Source of the DNA: a virus
Strand: one strand, 5' to 3'
Virus record (IMG/VR): IMGVR_UViG_3300032288_004534
Coordinates: 6,406-70,405 of that record
Length of the DNA: 64,000 nucleotides
The position numbers were made by a program, and so were the translations under genes. The number at the start of each line of letters is the position of its first letter. Within the stretch, counting starts at the first letter, position 1. Under the pieces are notes generated by a model. It was not told where the DNA came from and made no database searches. It was given only the letters and a program-made list of their open reading frames with translations. Below, piece after piece: positions 39,210-49,722 of this stretch.

Positions 39210-40778
39210 TTAAAAAGTCACGATAAAGCGATAATCTTCAACTTGATCTGAAGTACGAGTGATAGGTGTTTTATTTTCTATGTATAACACTTCTCCGGTA
39301 CCTTCTCTAACTGCAGGTTTATCAAATGAGGTAACTATTGCATTTATATTAGTAGTACTTGATACCACAGTTTCTCCTGGTATAAAAAATACTCCAGTAC
39401 CTCCTGTAGTAACTCGCGTTAGTTTTAATATACCTTGAGTTCTAGCAGTATTGGTATTGGCAAATAGCACCAATCTACCTCTAGCACCGCTAGTGGAGCC
39501 AGTAATTACTTCATTCTCACGGTAATCACCTAATACACCAGTTACATGTACTCTAGATGTTTGGTCAATCAATACAGAATTTGCTGTAGGTCCAGAACGA
39601 AGTTTTGGATTACGCAATAAACCTACCATTCTCAATTCATTATTTGATGGATATGAATTAGCTTCATTGACACCCATTGAAACTGATATCATGACATTTC
39701 GGCCACCTAATTCATTTCTAGCACTTTTTCCGTGGCCACCAGGTGGTGACAAAACTGGATATATTGTGGCACCGGAACCATGAGAAGAATTAGCAATTAT
39801 TACTGCATTAGCGATAGAATAATTACGACCTGGTGTAATCATAGTAATTTTTCTTACCTGGCCTGCAATACAATTTGAAACATAAGCAGTAGCTCTTTGT
39901 GCAATAGTGGCTCCACTATCACCTCTTATAACTACATTAGGGCCTATAATATAAGTTGATGTAGTATTAGGTGTTATGGTAAATGCATTATTGACTATTG
40001 CAGTTTTTGTAATACCAATATATCTTACTATTCTACGTAATTGTCCTGCACCTAATCCTGATGATATGTACATGGTAGAATAATTATAAATTCCATCAAC
40101 CGAACTAGCTTCAGCTCCAAGTCTAAATGAAGTATTGCTAGATATCTGAACAAACGTATTACTCAATGACAAATATCCAGCACCATTGGCACTTATAACT
40201 ACATGATCTATAGAACCATTTGATGCGGCCTGCATAACAACCCATTGAGCCGAACCATTATTTGCCGTAAGTTCTTTTACCGGTATATTTGTTGATGTTA
40301 AAAATTTCTGAGCATCGGCCGAGGTTACATTATACATGAATTTCCAACGATAACCATCAGCAGTGCTTATTATTGAAGTACCAATACCTGCAGGTTCAAC
40401 AGTAGATGGAGCACCTCTATTATTATCAATACACTTATAAACATTGTTATCTGATGATAGAATATAAAATTGCGTATCATATAAATCCGCATTAGTATCA
40501 GTATATTGTGTATAAACAGTACCGCTAGTCCAATTATATCTCGGTATTACATGCGATACATCTGTATAATTAACCCTTTTTAAAGTTACCATATCTCTAT
40601 AGACATCAAATGACGTATTAAAAACATCATTAGCCACTGCCGGTGGAGATGCATCATTAGCAAACGGAATTGTTTTACCTACAAACATATACATGAGAGT
40701 AGGAGCAGCTTCATTGAAAGATTCATGAAACTGCTCCGCGGTATTGATGCTAAAATTTGATGTGGTGGTACCTGGCAT
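39210..40778 (-). CDS. 8: Baseplate wedge gp8
   Basis: IPRYNWTSG, VYKCIDN, DGYRWKFMY, SPPGGHG, GEVLYIEN..PITR..DQ.ED. Confidence 0.88.
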   Translation of the reverse strand: MPGTTTSNFSINTAEQFHESFNEAAPTLMYMFVGKTIPFANDASPPAVANDVFNTSFDVYRDMVTLKRVNYTDVSHVIPRYNWTSGTVYTQYTDTNADLYDTQFYILSSDNNVYKCIDNNRGAPSTVEPAGIGTSIISTADGYRWKFMYNVTSADAQKFLTSTNIPVKELTANNGSAQWVVMQAASNGSIDHVVISANGAGYLSLSNTFVQISSNTSFRLGAEASSVDGIYNYSTMYISSGLGAGQLRRIVRYIGITKTAIVNNAFTITPNTTSTYIIGPNVVIRGDSGATIAQRATAYVSNCIAGQVRKITMITPGRNYSIANAVIIANSSHGSGATIYPVLSPPGGHGKSARNELGGRNVMISVSMGVNEANSYPSNNELRMVGLLRNPKLRSGPTANSVLIDQTSRVHVTGVLGDYRENEVITGSTSGARGRLVLFANTNTARTQGILKLTRVTTGGTGVFFIPGETVVSSTTNINAIVTSFDKPAVREGTGEVLYIENKTPITRTSDQVEDYRFIVTF

Positions 40779-40807
40779 CTATTTGATCACCTTTCTGTGC
40801 AGGCTAT

Positions 40808-43510
40808 TTATTCCTGTATCACGAACTCTGAAGATTGTGTTAGTAATGCTGATCGATCTTGATTCAATAATCTTGGATTATGTTGGAACATATCAATTCT
40901 ATCCTGCACAGAATCGCATACAAATAATTTAGTCTGATCAGGATTGAATGTAATACCTGTTGGTGAAGTACCTACAGTAGCAATATACTGATTCAGATAT
41001 GCCGCAGTCTCTACATTCCATGCCTCAGATAATGCAAATCCATAGATTCTATCACTATTTGACCCAGAGATAAACATCTGAGTCCCCTCAATATTAAACT
41101 GGACATCATTTGGATTTAAATCTTGATTTCCTATGTAAAAGAAACTACTGCTTTCAAGCACTAGATGTTGTGCATCTTCCATCACACATACATCATCATT
41201 TTCAAATAATATATTATCATATAATATCGTGGCCGTTCTAACATCCCAAGCAGATGTTAATTGGCATTCAACTATCTTTCTATCACCCTCACCAACAACA
41301 AATAATTTGTATCCATCAGGTTTAAATGCAAATCCTTGATTTCCTGTATCAAGCTCGGTAAGTGACAAATCTGTGGTTGTTGTTGAGAAATCACCAAGTG
41401 CATCACCTGATTCAGTAGTTATGATATCACCAGCATGGGTCAAAAATTTATCTAATACAACATAAGCTGTCGATACATCCCATGCGGTACCAAGATCATA
41501 TTGAGTTATATTATCTCTGGTATTTCCAATGACATACATTCGACTACCATCAGGTTTAAACCTAATACCTGTTGGATTAATATCACCATAGTCAGAAGTT
41601 TTTGCTGTTGTATTTGCTACGGAAAAACTTTTTGATGCATAAGCCGCAGTAGTTATATCAAAAGGTGTAGTTAAATTATATTGATAAACTCTATCTGTGG
41701 TTATACCAACAATATACATTTTTTGACCAGATGGACTAAATTCAACACCGCTAACATTCAATTCTTGACTGCCAATATTAAAATGAGTATTTGTAGCAAG
41801 TCTACTCAAATTATTGGCAAATATAACCATACGAGTAGCGGTATCAGCATCAGTTCTGACAATATTGTGACCAGGATGTGGCAAAGTAGAGATGGTTTGA
41901 AATTCACCAAACATCTTAGTGCCAGCAGGATGCAATATACGCTTGACAACATCACGGTATTTGTTTATGGTTTCTGTTATTCTTAAAACATAAGAATATT
42001 CTTGATAAAAATTGTTATCTTGTAATTTGTTGTTCCAGCTTATAAAGCCTTTAGTATCAGTATAGCGGCCTGGTAAAGTTATAACACCGGATACTTCTGG
42101 AGAAATTACACCATTATAGGTATTAGCACGTAATGTATAACGAGTTATTCCTGCCAAATCTGTATATGATTCGGGTGTAAGTGCAGTACCTCTAATATTA
42201 GTCAATGAGGCGGTAGAAAATCTATCAAATGATGCATCAGATGCAACTATTGAAATTGCATCAATCGTACCAGGAGCATTTTCAGCAACTATTAATCCAT
42301 CACCACCTTGAAAGAGATTGTTTTGTCCAGGTATGGCCCTATCATAAATTTCTTGGTCTCTAACCACAACAGTTGGTAAAGATGTTTGATAACCACGACC
42401 AACGGATGTTACTGTTATCGAATTTATAGAACCTACAATAGAATTTGTAAAATTTAATGCTGTAGCAAGCTGTGATGATATATTTGCAGCAGCAAGATTG
42501 GCAGATAACGCAGTGCTATTAGTACCTAATGACGCAAAAGTAGCTCCGGTAGATAAAACTACATTACTAACAGAACGAATTAAATCATTATTTAATGATA
42601 ATGTTGATGTGTTTGAAAGTGAAGTAACAACTGCTGATGCGCCATTACCACTTCCGCCAGTAATAGATATTAAGCTAGTATTTCCAAGTCTATAACCACT
42701 ACCACCTCTGGTAATTTTAAATGTAATAGCGCCGCCGGTAGGGGCAGTAGATACCACTCTACCAGTGGCAACAGCAACACCTGATGTTATGGTTATATTA
42801 TCACCAGCAGTATGATATGCACCACCATCTAAAACACTAGCTTTTACTATAGAACCAAATTGCGATTGAATGCGAGCCGTATTTCCTAAGTTATCCTGAA
42901 CAATTTCATCATTTTGAAAAGTACCAATTACATTTTCTATGGTCAATTCATATAGATCAATACCTAACACATTTACTTGTGATACACCTTGAACCTTTGC
43001 TCTAGCACCAGATGTAAGACCTATTAGATTACGGCCCTCAAAAACCGTAGGTAATGCATTAAACGGACGTCCTACTCTAAGCAGAGTTTCTTTTGTCCAT
43101 CGTCCATCTGATGCTCTAAGAATATAATCACCGGGATAATATAAATCAATTTCTTTATTGAAAAGTGCACGAAACAAAAATCTATAAGAAAATTCAGAAC
43201 CTCTGGTTCTGTAGAATTGACGAATATGTTTAGTAAGAAGTCGTTGATCAGCTAATACATCTTTTGGTATGTTTAGCATAAACTCTTTACGAAAATAATC
43301 AAGAAATGAATCTATAGTCCTATCAATATCTTGATATTCTATAAGACTTCTACCTGTTGTGACTACGTTTCCTGATTGCTCTAAAAATTCATAATAAGCT
43401 TTTAGAAATGAAACAAATCTAGGGCCTTCTTCTCTAATAAATGCAGGAAATTGTGCCTCTATTAGAGGTGAAATCTTCTTAAAGATTTCTTCAGCGCCGG
43501 ATATATTCAT
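40808..43510 (-). CDS. Baseplate wedge gp7-like with C-terminal beta-propeller
   Basis: QFPAF...FLKAYYEFLE, FYRTRG, SDGRW, LQDNNFYQEYSY, HPAG; repeated F.PDG..MY..G...D.I.QY.L...WDV.TA blades. Confidence 0.75.
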   Translation of the reverse strand: MNISGAEEIFKKISPLIEAQFPAFIREEGPRFVSFLKAYYEFLEQSGNVVTTGRSLIEYQDIDRTIDSFLDYFRKEFMLNIPKDVLADQRLLTKHIRQFYRTRGSEFSYRFLFRALFNKEIDLYYPGDYILRASDGRWTKETLLRVGRPFNALPTVFEGRNLIGLTSGARAKVQGVSQVNVLGIDLYELTIENVIGTFQNDEIVQDNLGNTARIQSQFGSIVKASVLDGGAYHTAGDNITITSGVAVATGRVVSTAPTGGAITFKITRGGSGYRLGNTSLISITGGSGNGASAVVTSLSNTSTLSLNNDLIRSVSNVVLSTGATFASLGTNSTALSANLAAANISSQLATALNFTNSIVGSINSITVTSVGRGYQTSLPTVVVRDQEIYDRAIPGQNNLFQGGDGLIVAENAPGTIDAISIVASDASFDRFSTASLTNIRGTALTPESYTDLAGITRYTLRANTYNGVISPEVSGVITLPGRYTDTKGFISWNNKLQDNNFYQEYSYVLRITETINKYRDVVKRILHPAGTKMFGEFQTISTLPHPGHNIVRTDADTATRMVIFANNLSRLATNTHFNIGSQELNVSGVEFSPSGQKMYIVGITTDRVYQYNLTTPFDITTAAYASKSFSVANTTAKTSDYGDINPTGIRFKPDGSRMYVIGNTRDNITQYDLGTAWDVSTAYVVLDKFLTHAGDIITTESGDALGDFSTTTTDLSLTELDTGNQGFAFKPDGYKLFVVGEGDRKIVECQLTSAWDVRTATILYDNILFENDDVCVMEDAQHLVLESSSFFYIGNQDLNPNDVQFNIEGTQMFISGSNSDRIYGFALSEAWNVETAAYLNQYIATVGTSPTGITFNPDQTKLFVCDSVQDRIDMFQHNPRLLNQDRSALLTQSSEFVIQE

Positions 43511-43511
43511 C

Positions 43512-45359
43512 TTAGAAAGATGTCACAAAAGTAATAGAAGTTGAACTAAGTGTAGTAGTGGTACCAATTGTATTGATTGGATCAATCAATGATTCCTCTC
43601 TACCAGTATTATCATTTAATACCTTAACCCTAGAATTGCTTATTAGCAATATCTGATTTCGTATAGGATATACATTATAATCTGCAATCTTAACTGAAAA
43701 ATTGATCTCACCATTTAATGATTGGGGTCTAAATGAATTGATAATTATTCTTCCAGTATTGTAATCTATAGATCCTATGTTATTAACCACAAAATTCTTT
43801 TGTGCATTTCTCAAAAAATAAATTCGAATATTACCAAAACCATCATCATCAAAATAACACTGTTCGCCTGCATATCCAAATGCATTTGAACTCACAGCAG
43901 AGACATACCCATCATTTGGATGAAATATGGGTCTATTAAAAGTTAATGTATAGGTATTTTCACCAGTTAAAGATGGTATAAATCTTTTCTGTACAGAAAT
44001 ATCAGCAGTGGTCGATTCGATAGATGTGCTGGCCGAATCTAAAATATCTAAGAATCTAGAATATCTAAATTTGCCTTCAAATCTATTCAAATATGTTGAT
44101 TCATATTGAATAATTTTATTTGCAACAGCATCACCAATTTCAGATGCAGATAAAGTAGTCTTTAATGGGTCATATCTTACAGTGATAACTGGATTAACAT
44201 AAAGATATGTTGGATCCACTATTTCCATATCTATAGTCTGAACATTGTATTTACGCATGTCAGCTTTAATCTGATTTTTGCGTCTAGTAGATATTAATGT
44301 ACCTTGTTTAGCTGTTAAGGATGCATATACTTTACCATATACTGGTGGTGAATTTTCTTCACCACCCCATATATTAACACCGGATATATCTGGATTGTTC
44401 TGTAAAATAATACGTCGATAATCTTCAGAAGTAACAGCTCTACCTTGAGTTTCATATAATCTAGGTGCATTAAATCTGATTGATTCCATTGTTTCTACAT
44501 CAGCGCCACCAATTGCTCTTTCCATTGTCGATAGTGTAAATGATGACTGCCCACCCACAGTACCAGAAGCAGTAAAATTATTTGCACCATTTGGTCTGAC
44601 GCCATTACAAACACGATATGAAATTAATACAGTGCTATTATATGCAGGTCTAGTACCTAAAACATTGTCACCAAATCCGACTTTATAAAGCTTATTCTTA
44701 TCAGGTTCTACGAAAAAGATTTTTGATGATGAATTTACTGTTGTTAAATCAGTTGCTTGTATATATGTTTGTGTATTACCACCAGTGGTTACGTCAACTG
44801 ATATGCTTGATATATCCGTATTCGCATTAGGTAAAACAAATGATGTATTAGCTGTCGTAAATGCATATCTATGGGTAAGAGGAGTTCCCTCAGTTATATC
44901 AATATAACCAGTAAACCGATTTGTAGTATTAGCTTTTATAGAATAAGATTTAGGTGTGACAAAAATATAAGATACACCATTTACTAAGGTTGTAAATCTA
45001 GTATTTTTTGCGACAGTTATAGTACGAAAGCTTGCATTAGCTACAGCAGAGGTAAAGGTCACCTTTACATTAGCAGTTGCACCACGCGCAGAATTAGGAA
45101 GATAACCAAGCATTTTAGCTCTTGATACAACATTGTCATATATCTGAGCGGTATCTAAGAAAGATTCATTTGCAGCCATATTAGCATAAAAGGACATATA
45201 ATATGTGTTGTATGCTAATAAATCAAGCAAGGTACCAATCGCAGAATCTTCAAAATCAAAATCTGAAAATTCTGATCTGCCTGCAATAAAATTTCTCAGA
45301 TTTAAACGGATCGAATCAAAATCTAGACCCGCTACTGTTAGAGCTGTATTTGCGGCCAT
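43512..45359 (-). CDS. 6: Baseplate wedge gp6
   Basis: LDFDSI, LLDLLAYNTYY, RAVTSEDY, WGGEENSPPVYGKV. Confidence 0.93.
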   Translation of the reverse strand: MAANTALTVAGLDFDSIRLNLRNFIAGRSEFSDFDFEDSAIGTLLDLLAYNTYYMSFYANMAANESFLDTAQIYDNVVSRAKMLGYLPNSARGATANVKVTFTSAVANASFRTITVAKNTRFTTLVNGVSYIFVTPKSYSIKANTTNRFTGYIDITEGTPLTHRYAFTTANTSFVLPNANTDISSISVDVTTGGNTQTYIQATDLTTVNSSSKIFFVEPDKNKLYKVGFGDNVLGTRPAYNSTVLISYRVCNGVRPNGANNFTASGTVGGQSSFTLSTMERAIGGADVETMESIRFNAPRLYETQGRAVTSEDYRRIILQNNPDISGVNIWGGEENSPPVYGKVYASLTAKQGTLISTRRKNQIKADMRKYNVQTIDMEIVDPTYLYVNPVITVRYDPLKTTLSASEIGDAVANKIIQYESTYLNRFEGKFRYSRFLDILDSASTSIESTTADISVQKRFIPSLTGENTYTLTFNRPIFHPNDGYVSAVSSNAFGYAGEQCYFDDDGFGNIRIYFLRNAQKNFVVNNIGSIDYNTGRIIINSFRPQSLNGEINFSVKIADYNVYPIRNQILLISNSRVKVLNDNTGREESLIDPINTIGTTTTLSSTSITFVTSF

Positions 45360-45757
45360 TAACGTAAGGCCTCCAATGAGAGAACCAAATTAGACGGTGT
45401 TTGATTAGTTATAGTCCTGAATGATATATTTACCTGAAGTGCATTATCTTCAGGTGCGCCATCAACAGCAACATTTAATATTTGAACACGTTCCTCATAA
45501 TTGGCCGCGGCAAGTCTAACATCTAGGTCTATACCTGTTGCTATACCTGGATCCATCAAATCAAATAGCTGCTGTCTAATATCTGAACCAAATGCAGGAC
45601 GAAAAGGACGTTCACCTCTATCTGTCAAAATCAAGCATTTAAGAGCTTGTTTGACAGAATCATTATTCTTACGAATGATTAGCTTACCCGTTACAGGATG
45701 AACCTTCATGTTCAAGTCTAGATCCCTGAATACTGGCGTTTTGACTACACTTGACAT
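45359..45757 (-). CDS. 25: Baseplate wedge gp25
   Basis: DLDL...HPVT, T..GERPF.P.FGS, YEER. Confidence 0.92.
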   Translation of the reverse strand: MSSVVKTPVFRDLDLNMKVHPVTGKLIIRKNNDSVKQALKCLILTDRGERPFRPAFGSDIRQQLFDLMDPGIATGIDLDVRLAAANYEERVQILNVAVDGAPEDNALQVNISFRTITNQTPSNLVLSLEALR

Positions 45758-45784
45758 GAGACCTCTCCGTTTATGGCATATTTA

Positions 45785-46579
45785 TCAGGAACCAGAACCA
45801 CCTATATTGAGTGATGATAAACGGCTATTAACATCAGCTAGTTCAGATTGCAATCTCTGTATCTCATTAGGATCACTATTAGCATTAGCTCTTAAATGAG
45901 AAAGTTCCAATTCAAGTCTATATCGTTGAACATTTAATCTTGCAGATTCCACAAATCTCATTTGACCTAATGTATTCTGTGCTTGAGTAGGATTATTACC
46001 AGATAATACTTGTGATGTAACACCAGAATTAGGAGAATTTACTTGACCAGGAACTTGTGGGCCTGGGACTCGTGGTGGTGATTGATTAGCATTCTGCCCA
46101 GAAGGTGGTGGTACTGATGATCCACCGGCAGCAATTGATATCAAGCTACAAAAACCAGAACCTTGTGCAATCTGTTGCAATAGATTTTGTAAATTTATAT
46201 TTGGATATAAACCTTGTGTTCTTAAATACTGTGCTGCAAATGCAACAGGATCATTAACTAATCTAAGTAGATTTGCTATATCTTGCCTAAGTGTATTACC
46301 AGTTGGTGTTGGTAAACCACCTAATACATTACCTAGTTGATTAACTGTTGAATTTATCTGTGCGGATATAAGATTTGGTATATTTTGAACAACTGATACA
46401 ATATTCTGTGCGCCACCAATCGCACCATTTATTGCACTTCGCGCACCTGCTAATGCAGAATTAAGACCTGATTGCGATGCACCAGTACCACATATCGAAG
46501 ATGCGCCTATGCTGCTATTTACTACACCAGATGCGCTTCGTAATATCTGCTGTATCTGTTCTAAACCGCTAACTACCAT
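45785..46579 (-). CDS. Low-complexity hypothetical protein between gp5 and gp25
   Basis: 264-aa Gly/Ser/Asn/Gln-rich ORF with AGGA upstream. Confidence 0.6.
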   Translation of the reverse strand: MVVSGLEQIQQILRSASGVVNSSIGASSICGTGASQSGLNSALAGARSAINGAIGGAQNIVSVVQNIPNLISAQINSTVNQLGNVLGGLPTPTGNTLRQDIANLLRLVNDPVAFAAQYLRTQGLYPNINLQNLLQQIAQGSGFCSLISIAAGGSSVPPPSGQNANQSPPRVPGPQVPGQVNSPNSGVTSQVLSGNNPTQAQNTLGQMRFVESARLNVQRYRLELELSHLRANANSDPNEIQRLQSELADVNSRLSSLNIGGSGS

Positions 46580-46591
46580 GTTATCTTCCTA

Positions 46592-47833
46592 TCAATCGCT
46601 TGGAGGATTAAGGTCTATTGTAGATCCCTTGACCACCGTTGGTCCAGGTGATCCTACATTCATCGATGTGGCACCAGCAGCTTGAAATGTCTCACCTGAT
46701 GCCAGATTTACATCACCTGATGTAACTGAATTAAAAGTACCTTGATTCATGAAAAAATAATTACCTTGAATTACATGGCTGACATCATTGGTGCCTGTAT
46801 ATTGGTTTGTGCCTTTTACATTTTCAACAACATTTCCGCCTACTATGAGAGCTTTATCTCCTGAGATTCTTTTGGCCTCATTTACGTTTATCTGTGTATT
46901 TACAGAACCAAGAACTTCTTTTTCTTCATTACCTTCTATCTTTGATACCATAGATCCTTTGACGTTAAGATAATAGTCTCCTGAAATTTCTTCAACCTTA
47001 TTTCCGTCAATTCGTACTCTAGTATCACCAATTATAGTTACATTACAATTTCCGTATATTAATACATTCTTATCTTTTAGAAAAATCTCATAATCATCAC
47101 CTACTATGCGAGTGACTCGAGTACCATCATCCATTATCTCGCGATTGGTACCTGAAGCATGATATTCATGTATACGTCTAGCACCAACTGTATCATCGAC
47201 TTCAAACACATGACCTGATTCAGTTGTTTTGACATGATTGTAAGGATAAAGAGGTGGTGTAGTTATTGCATGTAATTGAGGCTGATCCCATGTTGGTGTC
47301 TCATATTCGGCGGAGTCTAGATCATCAGAGACCGAATCCGTTTTTCTAATAGCCGACATAGGAACCGATGTGATCCTATTTTCCACACGCTCCTTTGTAG
47401 TTGGATGGTCAAGATATACATCACCTTGAGCAAAAAATGATGTATCAGGTATACCTTTAGTTAAAGGGTATACTGAATATGGATCATCGAATCCTGCGCC
47501 TTGATTACTATCGCCATTAACACCATGAAATGACCCTAGAATCATGGGTACTTGGGCTAGCTGACCATCCATATAAAAACCTATCACCCAAGAACCTTCA
47601 ACCAGTCCTGTAGGTGATGTACCAACTCCGCTAATTGAAGCTGATGTGACAGGAATTAATACCTGAGCCCATGGTAAAGATTCTGTTGGAAGAACACTTT
47701 TATCTCTAGTATGCCATCCAAAACATCTAACTCGAACACGACCTATTTTTAGAGGATCATTTCTATCCTCAACTATACCGACAAACCATACAAAGCCGTT
47801 CGTACCCATCCATTCTTCATCACGAACTGGCAT
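46592..47833 (-). CDS. 5: Baseplate spike gp5 (OB fold plus beta-helix, no lysozyme)
   Basis: WFVGIVEDRNDP..IGRVRVRC, LPWA, YPYNHV..TESGH, V.G repeats, terminal IDLN. Confidence 0.9.
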   Translation of the reverse strand: MPVRDEEWMGTNGFVWFVGIVEDRNDPLKIGRVRVRCFGWHTRDKSVLPTESLPWAQVLIPVTSASISGVGTSPTGLVEGSWVIGFYMDGQLAQVPMILGSFHGVNGDSNQGAGFDDPYSVYPLTKGIPDTSFFAQGDVYLDHPTTKERVENRITSVPMSAIRKTDSVSDDLDSAEYETPTWDQPQLHAITTPPLYPYNHVKTTESGHVFEVDDTVGARRIHEYHASGTNREIMDDGTRVTRIVGDDYEIFLKDKNVLIYGNCNVTIIGDTRVRIDGNKVEEISGDYYLNVKGSMVSKIEGNEEKEVLGSVNTQINVNEAKRISGDKALIVGGNVVENVKGTNQYTGTNDVSHVIQGNYFFMNQGTFNSVTSGDVNLASGETFQAAGATSMNVGSPGPTVVKGSTIDLNPPSD

Positions 47834-47837
47834 ATCA

Positions 47838-49142
47838 TTATCTCCCATCCACAGGTTGTATGTAAGAATCTTTGACACATTCTAGAACCGTGCCATATGC
47901 TAGACCACCAGCTTTTATTCTATGAGCGACTGCCGTAACCAGATATTTACCACCAACAAAATTATCCATTCTACGTTGCGAGATGGGAACATCACCAGAT
48001 CGAGGTACACGTATTTCTATAGTATCACCAGCACAAATACCCGAATCACCATGAACCAATACTTTCGTTACATGAGTAAGAATGTCTGCCTTAGCACCAG
48101 TTTCTTTTCCTAAAAATTCTTGTCGTCTTCTATAAGTATTCTGCATATCTGAATCACGATCTGCAACATAAGATATTGAACCTTGATATGAATTTGAAAC
48201 TATGAATTTTTCGCGAGATATTTCAGAACTTAATTGTTGTGATATTTCAGGTGATACTCTTTGATTTCTAGCTAAATGATCTACCTGATTGAAATCTCTA
48301 TTATACAAATAATTTGATGTACGAAATCTTTTTGCTACAGGATCTAATACTAATACATTAGTTCCCCATTGACCATAAGAAATGCCTTTTAATATATCAA
48401 ATCCAACTGGTTCTTCTAAAGCAACTACACGATTTCTTTCAAATTGACGATCTCCCGCAAGATAATCTTCAAAATGATAAAAGATTTTAGTTGGTGGTTG
48501 TCTCATCAAATATTGAAATGATGCAAAATGATATCCTCTAGCATTTTCAAAAAAGAAATAATTTGATGTACTTCTATCACTAGATGATTTTGCTTCACTT
48601 GCAAGATATTTCATTGCTGTAAATGGACTTACTCTAGGAAATGCTGTATCGAAAAGTCCATCGGTCTCATCCAGCGTCATTAATCCTTTACCTGATACAG
48701 GAAGAATATAATCATCAAATATTTTAACGGCCATATCGCTAACTGTTGTAGAATCAAATGCATTTGAGACTCGTTTATACTGATCTTCCATCAATTCAAA
48801 AGATGACATAAACAAATCATAAGAATCAACATGTGGTTTTAATCGTACTCTGTTTGCTAGCTTATACAGCTGCATTTGACCTTGGATTGTAGTAGTATTT
48901 CTTTCCGAATCAGAAAATGAATAATTTACAGTCTCGCCACCTATAATAGGTAATTCATTTCTTAATCCAGCACCATCAACCATTGCTATGGCAATCGAAG
49001 TTGATACAGAATCAATACTTTCATAATAGTTAAATTCAGCCATCAATGATTTAAAATCGATTGTCATACCAGTCGTTGTCGATTGCACCGACAATGCTTT
49101 TATTAATCCTGTACCTGATCTAGTTTCAATATTACCAGACAT
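47838..49142 (-). CDS. Baseplate hub protein (gp27-like)
   Basis: YESI, LPIIGGE, YFFFEN..GY.F, GKYLVTAV.H; lies between gp53 and gp5. Confidence 0.65.
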   Translation of the reverse strand: MSGNIETRSGTGLIKALSVQSTTTGMTIDFKSLMAEFNYYESIDSVSTSIAIAMVDGAGLRNELPIIGGETVNYSFSDSERNTTTIQGQMQLYKLANRVRLKPHVDSYDLFMSSFELMEDQYKRVSNAFDSTTVSDMAVKIFDDYILPVSGKGLMTLDETDGLFDTAFPRVSPFTAMKYLASEAKSSSDRSTSNYFFFENARGYHFASFQYLMRQPPTKIFYHFEDYLAGDRQFERNRVVALEEPVGFDILKGISYGQWGTNVLVLDPVAKRFRTSNYLYNRDFNQVDHLARNQRVSPEISQQLSSEISREKFIVSNSYQGSISYVADRDSDMQNTYRRRQEFLGKETGAKADILTHVTKVLVHGDSGICAGDTIEIRVPRSGDVPISQRRMDNFVGGKYLVTAVAHRIKAGGLAYGTVLECVKDSYIQPVDGR

Positions 49143-49720
49143 TATCTGTATACATTCCTAAAAGCTTCTAATATTGAGGGAACATAACTAGCATCTATGA
49201 TTGAGATATTTCTTCTCTTATCATTTAATGATATCTCATAATCATATGCATATACAAGTTTACGATTTGCTGCATCATTCTCAAAATATGTAGTTCGATC
49301 TACAACTAAAGTCTTTTCAGGTAATAATATCTTTTCACCATCTGCATTAGTTATCTCATTTCTTTTCTGTGTTATGACTTCATAATGATGAATTTGCGTC
49401 ATTGCATTTTCAACACTACCATATTTTTTACGAATGTAATCATTAAATCTATTTGTCTCAAGAGGCCATTGATAATATGGATCCAATATCTCATTTGGTA
49501 ATAAAATTAACCAATCTAATGTAGATTCTCTATAAAATTTATATGCAACGTTATCAGGTCTTTCGCCATCTTGTATATCATAGGTATAATATGAAAGAAA
49601 ATTACGTCTATAAAAATCACGCAACACGACTCTTTTAGTAATATCCGTTGCGAATACTCTTTCACCTAAAGCAGGAAGCTTATAATTTATTATTGGGAAA
49701 TTGCTAAAATATTGTGACAT
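49142..49720 (-). CDS. 53: Baseplate wedge gp53
   Basis: YFSNFP, I.DGERPD.VA, W.ILL.N.I.DP...WP, IHHYE. Confidence 0.9.
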   Translation of the reverse strand: MSQYFSNFPIINYKLPALGERVFATDITKRVVLRDFYRRNFLSYYTYDIQDGERPDNVAYKFYRESTLDWLILLPNEILDPYYQWPLETNRFNDYIRKKYGSVENAMTQIHHYEVITQKRNEITNADGEKILLPEKTLVVDRTTYFENDAANRKLVYAYDYEISLNDKRRNISIIDASYVPSILEAFRNVYR

Positions 49721-49722
49721 GA

